Positions 39,996 to 53,636 of a stretch of 64,000 nt of DNA are shown piece by piece. Each line of letters starts with the position of its first letter. The stretch's first letter is position 1. Source of the DNA: Octopus vulgaris (Eukaryota); the NCBI GenBank assembly GCA_951406725.2, contig OX597832.1, positions 68,944,001 to 69,008,000 of the forward strand. The letters are read 5' to 3'. Position numbers and translations under genes: made by a program. The notes under the pieces were generated by a model. It did not search any database. It was not told where the DNA came from and worked only from the letters and a program-made list of their open reading frames with translations.

Positions 39996-40887
39996 AGTAA
40001 AAGAATAAAAGAATACACACGCACACACGCACACTGACACATATACAAATACATATACATATTCGCATGCACACACACACACACAAATGAATATCTTCAC
40101 TCAGTTTCCCCTCAGCCAATTTTCTCACAAATTATTGGTCAGGATGAGACTAGAGTAGATGTCATTTGTCCAATTTGTCCACAGTACAATGAAGCCTGAA
40201 AATGTTGTGAAATTCTAAACTACCCTGCCATGCTTAGACCAGTTCTAAGGAGAACAAGATAAATTTCATATTCAAAAAGAAGAGTCTTAGATATTCCACT
40301 TGCTGAGGTTCTTCTTTGGAGGAAGTGTGTTTAGCCCCAGGCTTGTCCTGATCCAGGAAACTTATTAATGTGAATGCTCCAGCTACAACAACCATCTTTT
40401 CAATTTGTAATCTATCCATAACTACATCTCTCTGGGAGATTCTTCCTTTTTATTGAAATAGCTGGGTGTGTTTTGAGGAAGCTTTGGTTGCTACATCATG
40501 CAAGTTGAATGCCTATAGAGGGACAAACCCAATGCCTCACATTTAAGCCAGATGAAAAATATTAATCTATAAATCAATCAATGCCATCAAAGTTAACGAA
40601 GTCGTGAATAAAAATTAATTAAAGTTATTAAAGTTATATGATAAGATAAAAATTCATCAGTTCATCTTGGTTGTCATCATTTAGCACCCACACATCATGC
40701 TGGTTGGAGAGTTTGACAAAATCCGATGGGTCCAAGACCTGCTGTGTACTCCAGCATCTGCTTTAGCAATGGTTTTTACGACTGGATGTAATATCAACCA
40801 CTTTACAGAGTGTATTGGGTGCTTTTTTCCATAGCACCAGTACTACTGAGGTCACTATGCAGCTTTTAGTATAGGAAACTCCGAAGT

Positions 40888-43021
40888 GAAAAGCAGAAAG
40901 GGAGACAGATAAGAAGCAGCAAGAGAGACAGATGAGAAGCAGGAAGGGAGACAGATGAGAAGCAGGAAGGGAGACAGATGAGAAGCAGGAAGGGAGACAG
41001 ATGAGAAGCAGGAAGAAAGACAGATGAGAAGCAGAAAGGGGGATAGATTAGAAGCAGGACGGAGGATAGATGAGAAGCAGGAAGGGAGACAGATGAGAAG
41101 CAGAAAGGGGGATAGGTGAGAAGCAGGAAGAAAGACAGATGAGAAGCAGAAAGGGGGATAGATTAGAAGCAGGAAGGGAGACAGATGAGAAGCAGAAAGG
41201 GGGATAGATTAGAAGCAGGAAGGGAGACAGATGAGAAGATGAAAGGGGGATAGATGAGAAGCAGAAAGGGGGATAGATGAGAAGCAGGAAGGGAGACAGA
41301 TGAGAAGCAGGAAGGGGGATAGGTGAGAAGCAGGAAGAAAGACAGATGAGAAGATGAAAGGGGTGCAGATGAGAAGCAGAAAGGGGTGCAGATGAGAAGC
41401 AGAAAGAGGGATAGATGAGAAGCAGGAAGGAGGATAGATGAGAAGCAGGAAGGAGGATAGGTGAGAAGCAGGAAGAAAGACAGATGAGAAGATGAAAGGG
41501 GTGCAGATGAGAAGCAGAAAGGGGGATAGATGAGAAGCAGGAAGGGAGACAGATGAGAAGATGAAAGGGGGATAGGTGAGAAGCAGGAAGGGAGACAGAT
41601 GAGAAGCAGAAAGGGGTGCAGATGAGAAGCAGAAAGGGGGATAGGTGAGAAGCAGGAAGGGAGACAGATGAGAAGCAGAAAGGGGTGCAGATGAGAAGCA
41701 GAAAGGGGGATAGATGAGAAGCAGGAAGGGAGACAGATGAGAAACAGAAAAGGGGATAGATTAGAAGCAGGAAGGGAGACACATGAGAAGCAGGAAGGGG
41801 GATAGGTGAGAAGCAGGAAGGGAGACACATGAGAAGCAGAAAGGGGTATAGGTGAGAAGCAGAAAGGGAGATAGATGAGAAGCAGGAAGGGAGACACATG
41901 AGAAGCAGAAAGGGGGATAGGTGAGAAGCAGGAAGGGAGACACATGAGAAGCAGAAAGGGGGATAGGTGAGAAGCAGGAAGGGAGACAGATGAGAAGCAG
42001 AAAGGGGTGCAGATGAGAAGCAGAAAGGGGGATAGGTGAGAAGCAGGAAGGGAGACACATGAGAAGCAGGAAGGGGGATAGGTGAGAAGCAGGAAGGGAG
42101 ACACATGAGAAGCAGGAAGGGGGATAGGTGAGAAGCAGGAAGGGAGACACATGAGAAGCAGAAAGGGGGATAGGTGAGAAGCAGGAAGGGAGACACATGA
42201 GAAGCAGGAAGGGGGATAGGTGAGAAGCAGGAAGGGAGACACATGAGAAGCAGGAAGGGGGATAGGTGAGAAGCAGGAAGGGAGACACATGAGAAGCAGA
42301 AAGGGGGATAGGTGAGAAGCAGGAAGGGAGACACATGAGAAGCAGGAAGGGGGATAGGTGAGAAGCAGGAAGGGAGACACATGAGAAGCAGGAAGGGGGA
42401 TAGGTGAGAAGCAGGAAGGGAGACACATGAGAAGCAGAAAGGGGGATAGGTGAGAAGCAGGAAGGGAGACAGATGAGAAACAGGAAGGGGGATAGGTGAG
42501 AAGCAGGAAGGGAGACAGATGAGAAACAGGAAGGGGGATAGGTGAGAAGCAGGAAGGGAGACACATGAGAAGCAGAAAGGGGGATAGGTGAGAAGCAGAA
42601 AGGGGGATAGATGAGAAGCAGGAAGGAGGATAGATGGGAAGCAGAAAGTGGGCAGATGAGAAGCAGAAAGGGGGATAGATGAGAAGCAGGAAGAAAGACA
42701 GATGAGAAGCAAGAAGAAAGACAGATGAGAAGCAGGAAGGGGTGCAGATGAGAAGCAGAAAGGGGGATAGGTGAGAAGCAGGAAGGGGTGCAGATGAGAA
42801 GCAGAAAGGGGGATAGGTGAGAAGCAGGAAGAAAGACAGATGAGAAGCAGGAAGGGGTGCAGATGAGAAGCAGAAAGGGGGATAGGTGAGAAGCAGGAAG
42901 GGGTGCAGATGAGAAGCAGAAAGGGGGATAGATGAGAAGCAGGAAGAAAGACAGATGAGAAGCAGGAAGGGGTATAGGTGAGAAGCAGGAAGGGGTGCAG
43001 ATGAGAAGCAGAAAGGGGTGC
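40888..43021. repeat. 23-bp purine-rich minisatellite (about 93 units) with higher-order structure
   Basis: Unit GAGAAGCAG(G/A)AAGGG(AGACAGAT/AGACACAT/GGATAGGT/GTGCAGAT). The central part alternates two variants (46 bp), and the CAGAAA variant recurs every 138 bp (about 42023, 42161, 42299, 42437). Confidence 0.95.
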
Positions 43022-43317
43022 TGTATGAAAGAATGATTCCAATGACTTAATATTTTAATCTGTACTTTACATGTAAATACACCACTTCTTGACATTCTTC
43101 AGTCCTGTTGGTCCTTTTCTGTGAAACACAACCTTGTCTGACATTAACAAATTAGTGGTAAGAGGATCATTATATTGCTGAAGGTACCAATATTTATCAT
43201 AAAATAATCTGATTGGTTTCATAGCTTAAATTCCTAGTTTGGGAAAACATCATAGGAGTAGTCCACTATCCAAAACCTGGACCAAGAATGAAACCTCTAC
43301 AAGGTTTCTCAACCTTT

Positions 43318-43350
<33 letters not shown>

Positions 43351-46300
43351 CAGCAGCAGTAGCAGCAGCAGTAAAATCTTTCAAATTTCCTTTAAAGCAA
43401 ATGTGTTTTCTGTCCATGTGAGTTAGGATAGTCTATAGCACTTACCTGGAATATAAAGTAAATAGAAAATGGGTGCCTGGTGTTCGCAGAGTGACAGGTG
43501 ATGTCGTTGAAAGAGAGACATGGAAAAATGGAGAGAGAAATACTGGTACAAGTTGAATAACTAACGACTGGCAACATATTGTATGGCGAGATATATTCTG
43601 TCACATGACATTGTGCAAAATGTATGTTGTAGGACTGAAGGAGACGATAATGATGATGAAGAAGATGAAGAAAGAAAAGAGTTTATGATTTTGCTGATGC
43701 TGATGATGATGAGGAATATGGATGATGGAGGAAAATGTAAATTCTGGTAGTGGTGGTGGTGACAACAACAACAAAAATCAAAATGATGACAGTGTTTTGA
43801 TATTTTGTCAGAAGTTCCCAGCATTTTTATCAGTTTTGATGAATTTAGTACTTAGAAGCCCTTCAGTTGTTAACCTCAACTGTTTGTTGTATTTCTAAAA
43901 TCGTTTCTTACTATCTACCTATCTAGTTGAATTATAGGCATAAAACCTTCAGCTTAAGCTTGACAGCATGATCAATAAAAATTTCGAGTCCAAATCGAGT
44001 GTTTTATAGTTGCCATTAAAGCACCAGTACGTTGAAGGCATGGTGCAGAGAGATTAGCTTTTCCTTTCATCTATCATTTTCTCAGTGTATCTAAATACTA
44101 TACTAAAGTTTTCCCCATTATGTCTGGTGCTTTTACAAACCTCATATGCAGAAACCCTATAATCAAAATGTATAGAAATCTTACACGAAGTTGACAAAAT
44201 CAAAATGCAAGATGCCCTCCTCTGCACCAATACACAAATAATGCAGTAAAAAGATGTATAAGCCTGTTTTAATTCTGAAAGAGTTGTAGGGGTCAGTGAT
44301 TCACATTGCTTATTTCAGAGTATGAAATGGAAGAGAGCTTCATATTTTGCTCAATGCAAACAGAACTCTGAGGGATGATAAAACAACAATGGAGCCTGTA
44401 GTTGGTGGTTCAAACTGCTGGAAACAGAATCAGAATGTCCTTTCAATGACACACGACTATTCCAAGAAATAATGTAACATGGGATGCTTTTCACCTGATT
44501 AACCCCTCCAGGATGTATTGGGAGTAAACAACAGAAATAACATCAGATTAAACATTTCCTCAGGGTTTGTCTTTTCTTTTTTATTATTCTTGTACTAATA
44601 AACAGGTTTTATACGGAAGTGATATAATATATAATGAAATGATTTGAACTCATCACCAATGAATATGAAGTCTAATACAATATCCATTCGCTCATCACCT
44701 CTAGGAACATACATCCTAACATTTTGGCATACAGTTGAAACAATTGTACGAAACGCAGAAGTGGCTGTGTGGTAAGTAGCTAGCTTACCAATAACATGGC
44801 GTTGGGTCCAGTCCCACTGCCTGGCAAGTGTTTTCTACAAGAGCCCTTGTGACCAAAGCCTTGTGAGTGAATTTGGTAGACAGAAACTGAAAAAAAGCCC
44901 ATCATATATACATAGATATGTAAGTGTTTGTGTTTAAAAATTTCCTGGCTTTTATGGAGAGGACATGTCTGCAATTAGTATCCATTTTCTATACAATTTG
45001 ATTGGCAGAGGATTATCATGTGATTCGACTTAGATAAGTTCTCTGCTATGTATGTGCATTGATGTCATGAGACAACATTTGGAATTTTGGGAACTTCTTC
45101 ATGGAAGATAGGTCTAGGCAAATAAGTTCCCAAATTCCAAGTCACCTCACTCTACTTTTATTCAAGAATACAATTCAAACAGGAATAAAGAAAATATATT
45201 TACACAAAAATACAAACCATGACTGAAACAACATCAACAAACCACACAAACACTAAGTGATGGACAATGAAAAAGGTCTAACAAAATTTAATGACTACAA
45301 ACATACAATTCCCCTCCACTCTACCACTCAACAGATTAAATTTAGAGAAGCTTCATTGCTTGGCACTGCCACCAGACACGTTCACTCAACCATGTCAGCT
45401 TTAACTTGCAGGGAAAAAATATTGCCACTTGTCTTTAATAGACTTTGGTGGTGGTGGCCTAATCATGTGACCATCCTCTGACAATCAAATAGTATCCTAA
45501 AAAGATACTGATTTGAGAAATATCCTCACCATATGTCTTATGTCAGCTCCATGCCAATTGGATAATCATCATTTAAAATCTGTCTTCAATGCTGGCATCG
45601 GTGAGATGATTTGGAAGGAACTGGCAAGCCAGAACACTGCACCAGGCCTTACTGTCTCTTTTGATTTGGTTTCTCTGGCTGGATGCCTTTCTTAATGCCA
45701 ACAACTTTTACAAAGTGGACTGGGTGCATTTTATGTGGCACCAGCACTGGTGAGGCCACCGAGATAACTTGTAACACAAAGATCCTTTGAAAGAAGGAAT
45801 TTATGTTATGTCACATCTTGTGTATTACTTTCACTACGTTTTGACTGTTGCATGCTCCCACCTTCTTCTGTTGGTTGATGCAATGCAATCATCGAGATGT
45901 TCTGTGTATAGAAGGGGAATTGCAAGACACCCGAGGAAGGCTGGAACATGAAACAGCTGAAACATAGTGAAAACAACAACCAAGATGAGGACATCAGCCT
46001 TACTAAAATAACGAGCACACACACACACACGTTCAAATTATGTGTTACAAGCAGCACAACTATGTAAAAATAAACTTCATCAATGTCACATAATCTATGT
46101 CTGTAGCTGAAACACCAGGAGCTGCAGCATTTTTTTGTTTCCTTTGTCTGAGACGGATCCCCTTAAAAAACACATTATTGTTGAAAGTACTTCAAAGTAT
46201 GTAATCATCTTATTTCGGTTTCTATCTAAGTTCCTTTGAGGAAAGGCATTTATCCAAGATGTTACAGAGTGGGACAGAACCTACCACCACATGCTTGGGA

Positions 46301-46890
46301 TGCAAACTTCTTAACTATGCTCACTGCAGGAATGTCTTCTATGATAGCTCTGTCTGTCTCATCAGAACTAACCTGGGGTTAAACAAGAACAACAACAAAA
46401 ACAATTCTTTGCAACTTTACAATGTGATATAATTTGCAATCATTACATTACATCATCATTTTGTTATTATTGTTATTACATTTTCATATCAACAAAAATG
46501 GAATCAAACAACAACAAAAATGACTGAGATTTCAAGGAAAGGTGAAGCAAGACAAAACGATATTTTAGGCTTTTCCTTTTGTGAACATAAAATGTCTGAG
46601 ACCCGAGGTGTGTAGATGACAATGCCAGATGTTTGGAAGAATAATTGAATGTGAATTCCATCAAAGGAATCTGTGTAGCAAAAATTATGTCACACTGGAG
46701 GTGCTGCTATTTAAAAAGTCTATCAAGTCTGAGATTGATTACACACACACAGCACATGCATATATACATACATACATATATGTATATATATGGATATATG
46801 TATAAGTATGTATACATACATATACATACACATGTATACACTAATATATATATGTATATACATATATAACTATTCACATATATACATGTA

Positions 46891-46945
<55 letters not shown>

Positions 46946-47007
46946 TGTATACACTTATATATATATGTGTGTGTATATACATATGTAACTATTCACATAT
47001 ATACATG

Positions 47008-47069
<62 letters not shown>

Positions 47070-48010
47070 ACTAGATATATATATATAACTAGATATATGT
47101 ATGTGTGTATATATATATGTATGCATATATGGATATACATATATATACAATCATATATACATACATGTGTGTGAGTGTTTGTGTGTGAAGGCACGTGGCT
47201 TAGGGGTAAGGATATTCGGCTTATGATAGTAAGGTTGTGAGTTCATTTCCCAGCAATATGTTGTGTCCCTGAGCAAAGACTCTTTATTTCACATGATGCT
47301 CCAGTCCACTCAGCTGGCAAAAATGAGTTGTATGTATATATCATCATCATCGTCATAATTTGACATCTGCCCTCCATGCTCGCAATATATATATACATAA
47401 CTAAACAAAGATGTACATACATAAATACACTCTTATATAGATACATGTAAGACATATATACATACATGCACCTCTATACACACACACACACACACATACA
47501 CACATATACTCATGCAAATATGTATGTATGTATCTATGTATAACATTTAGAACAGGTAATACATTGCTCTGAGGCATACATTCATCATTCGGTGGCCATA
47601 TAACTATCATTAGCTATCTTAACACCTATGAATTTTTTTTCCTATTTAGTATGCATTAAATGTGTATCATTTAAGGATGTTTTCAAAAGACTAATTAACT
47701 CCTATGTTTGTTTTGTTTATTTTTCATTCTTTTTTCTTTTCTACTTTTTATTTATGCAACAGGTGCAGGAGTAGCTGTGTGGGAAGTAGCTTGCTTTCCA
47801 ACCACATGGTTCTGGGTTCAGTCCCATGGCATGGTACCTTGGGCAAGTATCTTCTATTATAGCCTTTGGCTGACCAAATCCTTGTGGGTGGATTTGGTAG
47901 ACAAAAACAGAAAGAATCCTATCATATATTTATATATATATATATATATATTTCGATGGGTGAATGAATTATCCTATGTTTACTGTTAACATGGAAAATT
48001 CAATGAACCG

Positions 48011-48088
48011 TTCCTGATGAGAAGATTGCATCTTACACCGTTTATTCCTTTGGAATAAAACCATGTTGTCTTCGAAACATATGTCGAA
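48011..48088 (+). ncRNA. Minimal type I hammerhead ribozyme with canonical core
   Basis: TTC-CTGATGA(48014-20)-GAAGA...TCTTC-GAAAC(48074-78)-ATAT-GTC^GAA. Stem II is closed by G-C, stem/loop III is the palindrome ACATATGT, and the cleavage triplet is GUC. Lies in an about 190 bp unit flanked by (TA)n. Confidence 0.8.
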
Positions 48089-48178
48089 AGTAAAGGAATT
48101 TTATTAACATCTTCATTCAATTCCATTTATTTATTTATTCATATATATATATATATTTCTAGGGGTTTTTTCCCATCC

Positions 48179-49220
48179 TTGTTTCGTATACATTCGCTGC
48201 TTTCTTCCAAGGAATCTAATGCTCTTAGCTTATTTTTCCTTGGGGCTGGCCAGATTGGAGCAATCTCAAGTATAACCAACCGAAATTGTAAAGATAATCT
48301 GGAACTCGACTGAGGATAGAAAACTCCGAATGATCCATTCTTGTTTTCCTTGTATCATCTGTCTGGATATTTTGTTTTCCTTTTTTTGTTTCACCTAACT
48401 GTCTGGATGTTTTGCATTCTTATCCCATTTTCGTATTTTTTATATATAGAATATAGCGGCATATGTACACTTTGGTCTCTTATATGTAAGTATATATATC
48501 TAAATTTTGTACGACTCTATTGTTCTTTATATTCTTTCATTCTTTCCTTCTTTCTTTCAGCCCTTTCACACTTCGTTCATTCCACTCTTCGTTCTTTCGT
48601 TCCCCCTCTCTCACATTTCCTGGCCTTCTCTTCGTGCTCACTTTCCCTCTTTCACTTCACTGTGTCTCTTTCATTTTTTTGCCTTCCGTCCTTATTTCTA
48701 CTCTCCCTCTCCCTCTCTCTCTTCTCTCCCCATGTGACCGGTGTTCAGCCAGGCCTGACCTTTCTTTCTTGGTTGGACTACTGTTCGTGCAACATCTATC
48801 TTCCTTCCTGTGCTTGTTAAATCCTATGTTCCTGCCATAAGGCTTTACTTCCACACACGCCAGCTTAATTTAATTTGTCCTTAGTCGAAAGACACCTGTT
48901 GATATGTCCTGTTATTTCTATTTGTGTAACATTTCTGTTTTTTTCCGTAATTGTTTTCGTATACATTCACTGCTTTCTTCTAAGGAATGTAATACTCTTA
49001 GCTTAATTTTCCTTGGGGCTGGCCAGATTCAAGCAATCTCAAGTATAACCAGCCGAAATGGCAAAGATAATCTGGAACTTGACTGAGGATAGAAAACTCC
49101 GAATGATCTAGCCTTGTTTTCCTTGTATCATCTGTCTGGATATTTTGTTTTCCTTTCTTTGTTTCACCTAACTGTCTGGATGTTTTGCGTTCTTGTCCCA
49201 TTTTTGTATTTTTATATATA
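48179..49220 (+). mobile_element. Partial-tandem repeat element with about 270 bp direct repeats (possible PLE pseudo-LTRs)
   Basis: 48179-48448 and 48951-49220 are close copies, both ending in TATATATA. Each contains CTGAGGA-TAGAAAACTCC-GAA. Confidence 0.6.
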
Positions 49221-50066
49221 TGGAAAAAAAGAATATCTTTAAATATTCAATACAGAAACAAGAGAAAAATGGAATTTCATAAAAGAACCCACTTTACAAA
49301 TCAATTCCTGCCTGAGTTAACCTTGAAGGATTTTCCAGTTATTCCAAACTCTCCTGGTTTTTCTTTTCCTTCACACTATTTACAAAACAAATTACAAAAC
49401 TTGACTCAAAATTTGACTGTTTGTTTGATATCTCATGAAGTACACCATGATTTTTCTTGCAGATATTAGCCAACAAATATTTACTTTCTTTCTTAGCTTC
49501 ATCAAACATCACAAGCTGATGAATATTAGCAACAGGTTTCAAGGAATCTCCTTCATTTAATGAGGCTTGTCTGAAGTTGCTCAGATTCATAAAAAGCACA
49601 CATCACGGACATGAAGTAAATCTGTATAATGACATCGTAACAGCTTCAGAAAGCCAAACATAGACATTACTGAAAGCATAGACATTACTGTGAAAAATCA
49701 AATCCTTTTGGAGTAGCCTGACGTTTTGGTCTGCTCAGCTGGGATTGAACTAGAAAGATAAACAAGTCATAGAGAGTGAGTGATAACTGAATCCTTTCAG
49801 CATTTAATGTATTGCATGTATAAGTCAAGGCAGTACCTGGACATGAACTGGGGAACCTTTAGTTTGTTCGTTGGTAAACTATCACCTTAGTCAACTGCAC
49901 TTAATAACCTCAAATATTAACTGTAATTTATATTCTCACTTTGTGTTTGTTGGTTTGTGTCCTGGGAATTTATTGGTGGCATTTTGGAAATTAAAATGCT
50001 TAGAAATTATTAAAAGTTGAATTGTTGAAACAAAACAGCAGCAAATACACACACACACACGCACGC

Positions 50067-50097
<31 letters not shown>

Positions 50098-50282
50098 AAC
50101 ACAAACACACCGCCCAACCACACCCTACCCGACCCCTCCATACAGTTCTCAAGAACAGGCCTTTTAAAAAAAAAAATTTTCTCCATTTTCCCGCCTCTCA
50201 ATCATTGTCCTTTAATAGAATTAATACAAATAATGAATTAATGAATTTGGAGACAGAACGAGAGGGAAATAAGATTACATAG

Positions 50283-50330
<48 letters not shown>

Positions 50331-51637
50331 GGTGGAGATGATAACAGACAGAGAGAAAGGAAGATGATGGATAGTGAGAGAGAAAGAGTGAGAGAGAAAG
50401 AGTGAGAGAGAGAGTGAGAGAGAGTGAGAGAGAGAGAGAGAATGCTACCCACATGCTTGCATACAAGCCAAAACACACACACATTCAAACTGAATTCATT
50501 TTAATTTAGGTCTAGAATTTTCATTTAAATTATCGAACACATATAATCAATACATGAGGGAAACACATAACGTTATGTAATGTATTTGTTTTATATTTTC
50601 CACTTTTTAAAAAAATTCTAAATATTTTACATTTTTATTTACTTATTTTTTGTGGCCAATATTTCATAACAAGAACAATGCAGACTCCATGTTTGCTTTA
50701 ATTGGGTTTCTTCAATATTGAAATTAAACCCAATTTAAGTCCTGAATTTCATTTTACTTTGTGCATTTAATGTTTTGCACGTTAACTTTTTAAGATTTTT
50801 AATTTTTATTTTAGTAATTTATTTATTTATTTAAGTGAATCTCCACTGCAAAACAAACAAATTTGAGACCATTTTTAAAAAAGATATTTCTTTTTGATTT
50901 TTCACTAAATATATAATCAATGATTTCACTAAGAATACCTGTCATAGAAACGTGAGAAAATACCCAGGAAATGAGATTTTGAATTTCAGACATGTTGACC
51001 ATAATAATTAGGATGACGATGATGATGATCTTGTTTTGCTGCAGGTCAGTTGTGATTGAGGAAACTTAGGATCAAACTCATACAAGCTGAGACTATACTT
51101 TCCTTTTGTAGACATAATTTGCTTCTCATGACATAACTTAATATGACCATCCTTTCTGAAGAGATTAGTGACTAACTATTTCTAGCACATTCTTAAGCCA
51201 CAAAGCACTCAGTCATTGACTCATTTTTATGATTTTGTATGCATTTCGCTGTGTGTGTGTGTGTATACATGTAAGCCTGGAAACTGTTCAATATGTTAAG
51301 TACAAAGTTGTCTGTATTGAATCCTTGAAATTATCCTTCATCCTTCATCCACCGGTCAATGAATAAGTCATCTCTGTATGAGAAAGCAAAGCAGTGCAAT
51401 GTGAGGAGGATAGAAAAGTGACAGGATTAAAGGCATGGGTGTAACGGATGGTGGAAGAAGAAGAAGAAGAAGAAGAAAGAAAGAAAATCTCACTCCCATG
51501 GACATGCATACTTGTATACATGTACAAACATACAAGCACACACACATATGTATACATATACATGTATGTGTGTGCGTATATATATATATCTATATATATG
51601 TATATATATATATTTTTTTATACATATATTTATATAT

Positions 51638-53636
51638 GTTTCTTTATTAGCCACACAGGGCTACACACAGACAGGACAGATTACAAAGTAGAGCTTTTCT
51701 TTATGAGAAAAGAAGAAAAATAAAAGTGGGGTAGGTCTTCAATCAAAAGGGATCGTAAAGGGGAAAGAAAAGAAAAAAAAGAAAAAGAAAAAAACGATCA
51801 TTAGGGATCGTGTATCACAGAAATGTCATGATGTAAAGTGTAAAGATGGAAGCAGATAGGGATTTCCGTGGAAAGAAAAGCCTACAGAAAAGACCCCAGT
51901 AACCTCGGTCAATAACGTCACCTGTTAACACATTTGTTTGCAAGTAGGTAACCCTCTGTTTTAAATTTTTCCGGGTTCATAGGATTATGCTCAAGGTAGC
52001 TTCGTCATACATGCCATCCAAGCTACATTCACCCATCTTTTATGAAACATTTGTTAGACAAAACTTGCCTCTCGACTCTCACTTTCCTTTTCAAGTGATA
52101 CTTGAAGAAGTTGATGAGATATTGACCAGAGAGGAAAGTGTTTGTCTCCAATCCTTTTAGACACACCCACCAGATACATTCTTTCACCATAGCCACAAGA
52201 ATGATGAAAATAGCTCTTTCTTCCCGTTTGAAGGAAGGAGGCATGACAATGTTGACGATAGACTCGGCTGATAAACCGACTCGTCCCACACATGACAGCA
52301 GTCATTCGACATAAGCCCGCAGGTCGGAAATTGTTGGACACTGCACGAGTGCGTGCAGAACAGTTTCATCACTCTGACCAAATCTCGGGCAGGTTAGCCC
52401 CATGTTTTTCGAGCCGTGCCTGTAGAGCTTATCCCGAATGGGTAGCACTTCTCGGTAGCACTGCCAGGCCAGGGATCTCTGGAAGTTGTCCATGGGTCCT
52501 GGCCCGAACGTCATCCTGAACAGGCGGGTCAGGTATTCCTTGTCGACGTCAAGGTTCGCCCCGAGCTCGTTGTCGTACCTTCCCTCCACTAATCCCCTAT
52601 AGAATGCTTTAGTTGTGTTGAAGTCACTCAAGGTCGAACCGGAACGGCATAGTTGCTTGAGAGCAACGCGACACTCGCAGTGCCATTCGACCTTCCTCGG
52701 CCTCTTTTTGATCCACAACTGCAGTTCGGCCATGGAGATGAATTGTGGGAAAGCGTGACTCACAAACAGCGACCACACCTGTTCACCATCGTCTACGTAG
52801 AGCCTGAGATGTCGCAGTCTCAGCACATGTCTGTGCATCATCAACCACGGCATGCCCAGTCCTCCTTTTAATGGGTGTTAACAGCAAATAGATCGCCTGA
52901 CCATCGGGACGCATCCTTTCCACAAGTGAAAGAGAATGCGTTCTAGTTTGGTGATGGTAGGGTTGGGACAAGGCACGACGGTCAGGCAGTAGTAGATGAC
53001 GGATGCGATGTACGTGTTCGCCACCTCTGCCCAACCTTTTAGGGACAGTTTTCTCTCGGCCCATTGCCGGGCGAGAGTGACCACCCTACTCGTTATCTCA
53101 TTCCAGTTCTTCTCCATTTGAAGGTCCAGACCAAACCAGACCCCAAGCAACTCAACCAGACCATTGGTCCAGCGTCCCACAATGGAGGCGCTGGTGGACA
53201 GCATGGGCTTGCTTCTCCAGGTGCCGAGCCGCAAGCCCACAGACTTTTCCTGGTTGATTTTCGCTCCTGTCATTGCTTCGTAGTCTTTCAGTGTCTCACC
53301 GACCAGCTCAATGTGCTTGTGGCTAGACACTATGACGGTGACGTCATCTGCATATGCAGACACACTCGTTCCGCATTCCAATTCTTGCGGGATATCCCTC
53401 AGAGTTGCCAGCTTCCACAATAATGGCTCGAGAGTCAATACATAGAGAAGTGACAAGAGGAGGCATCCCTGACGGACCGAACATGCAATGTCGAAAGGTC
53501 TCGATAGATGTCTATTTACACAAATTACCGAACGGATATCCAGCCGCAAAAGACGGGTCCGAAACCAGCCGTTCTGAGGACAGCCTCTAAGTATCGATGG
53601 TCTACCCTATCAAAAGCTTTCGGTTGATCCAAATTG
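51638..53636 (-). mobile_element. 5'-truncated L1/Tx1-clade LINE, RT and C-terminal region, frameshifted
   Basis: NLDQPKAFDRVDHRYL, SVRQGCLLLSLLYVL, AYADDVTV, KINQEKS, LSLKGWAEVANTYIAS, and C-terminal CPRFGQSDETVLHALVQC. AATAAA near 51648 then (TA)n; the 5' end is also close to (AT)n. Confidence 0.9.

Noticed and set aside
40888-43021. CRISPR-like array
   Set aside because: Units are contiguous with no unique spacers, and the context is eukaryotic.
41048-43095. Three long ORFs (664, 467, 444 aa) as protein-coding genes
   Set aside because: They follow from a stop-poor 23-bp repeat; all frames give the same low-complexity peptide.
49339-49599. Minus ORF containing PVAN, like the CCDC39 N-terminus (IPVANEENK)
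   Set aside because: Similarity is limited to four residues, with no EEN/coiled-coil continuation or suitable donor.
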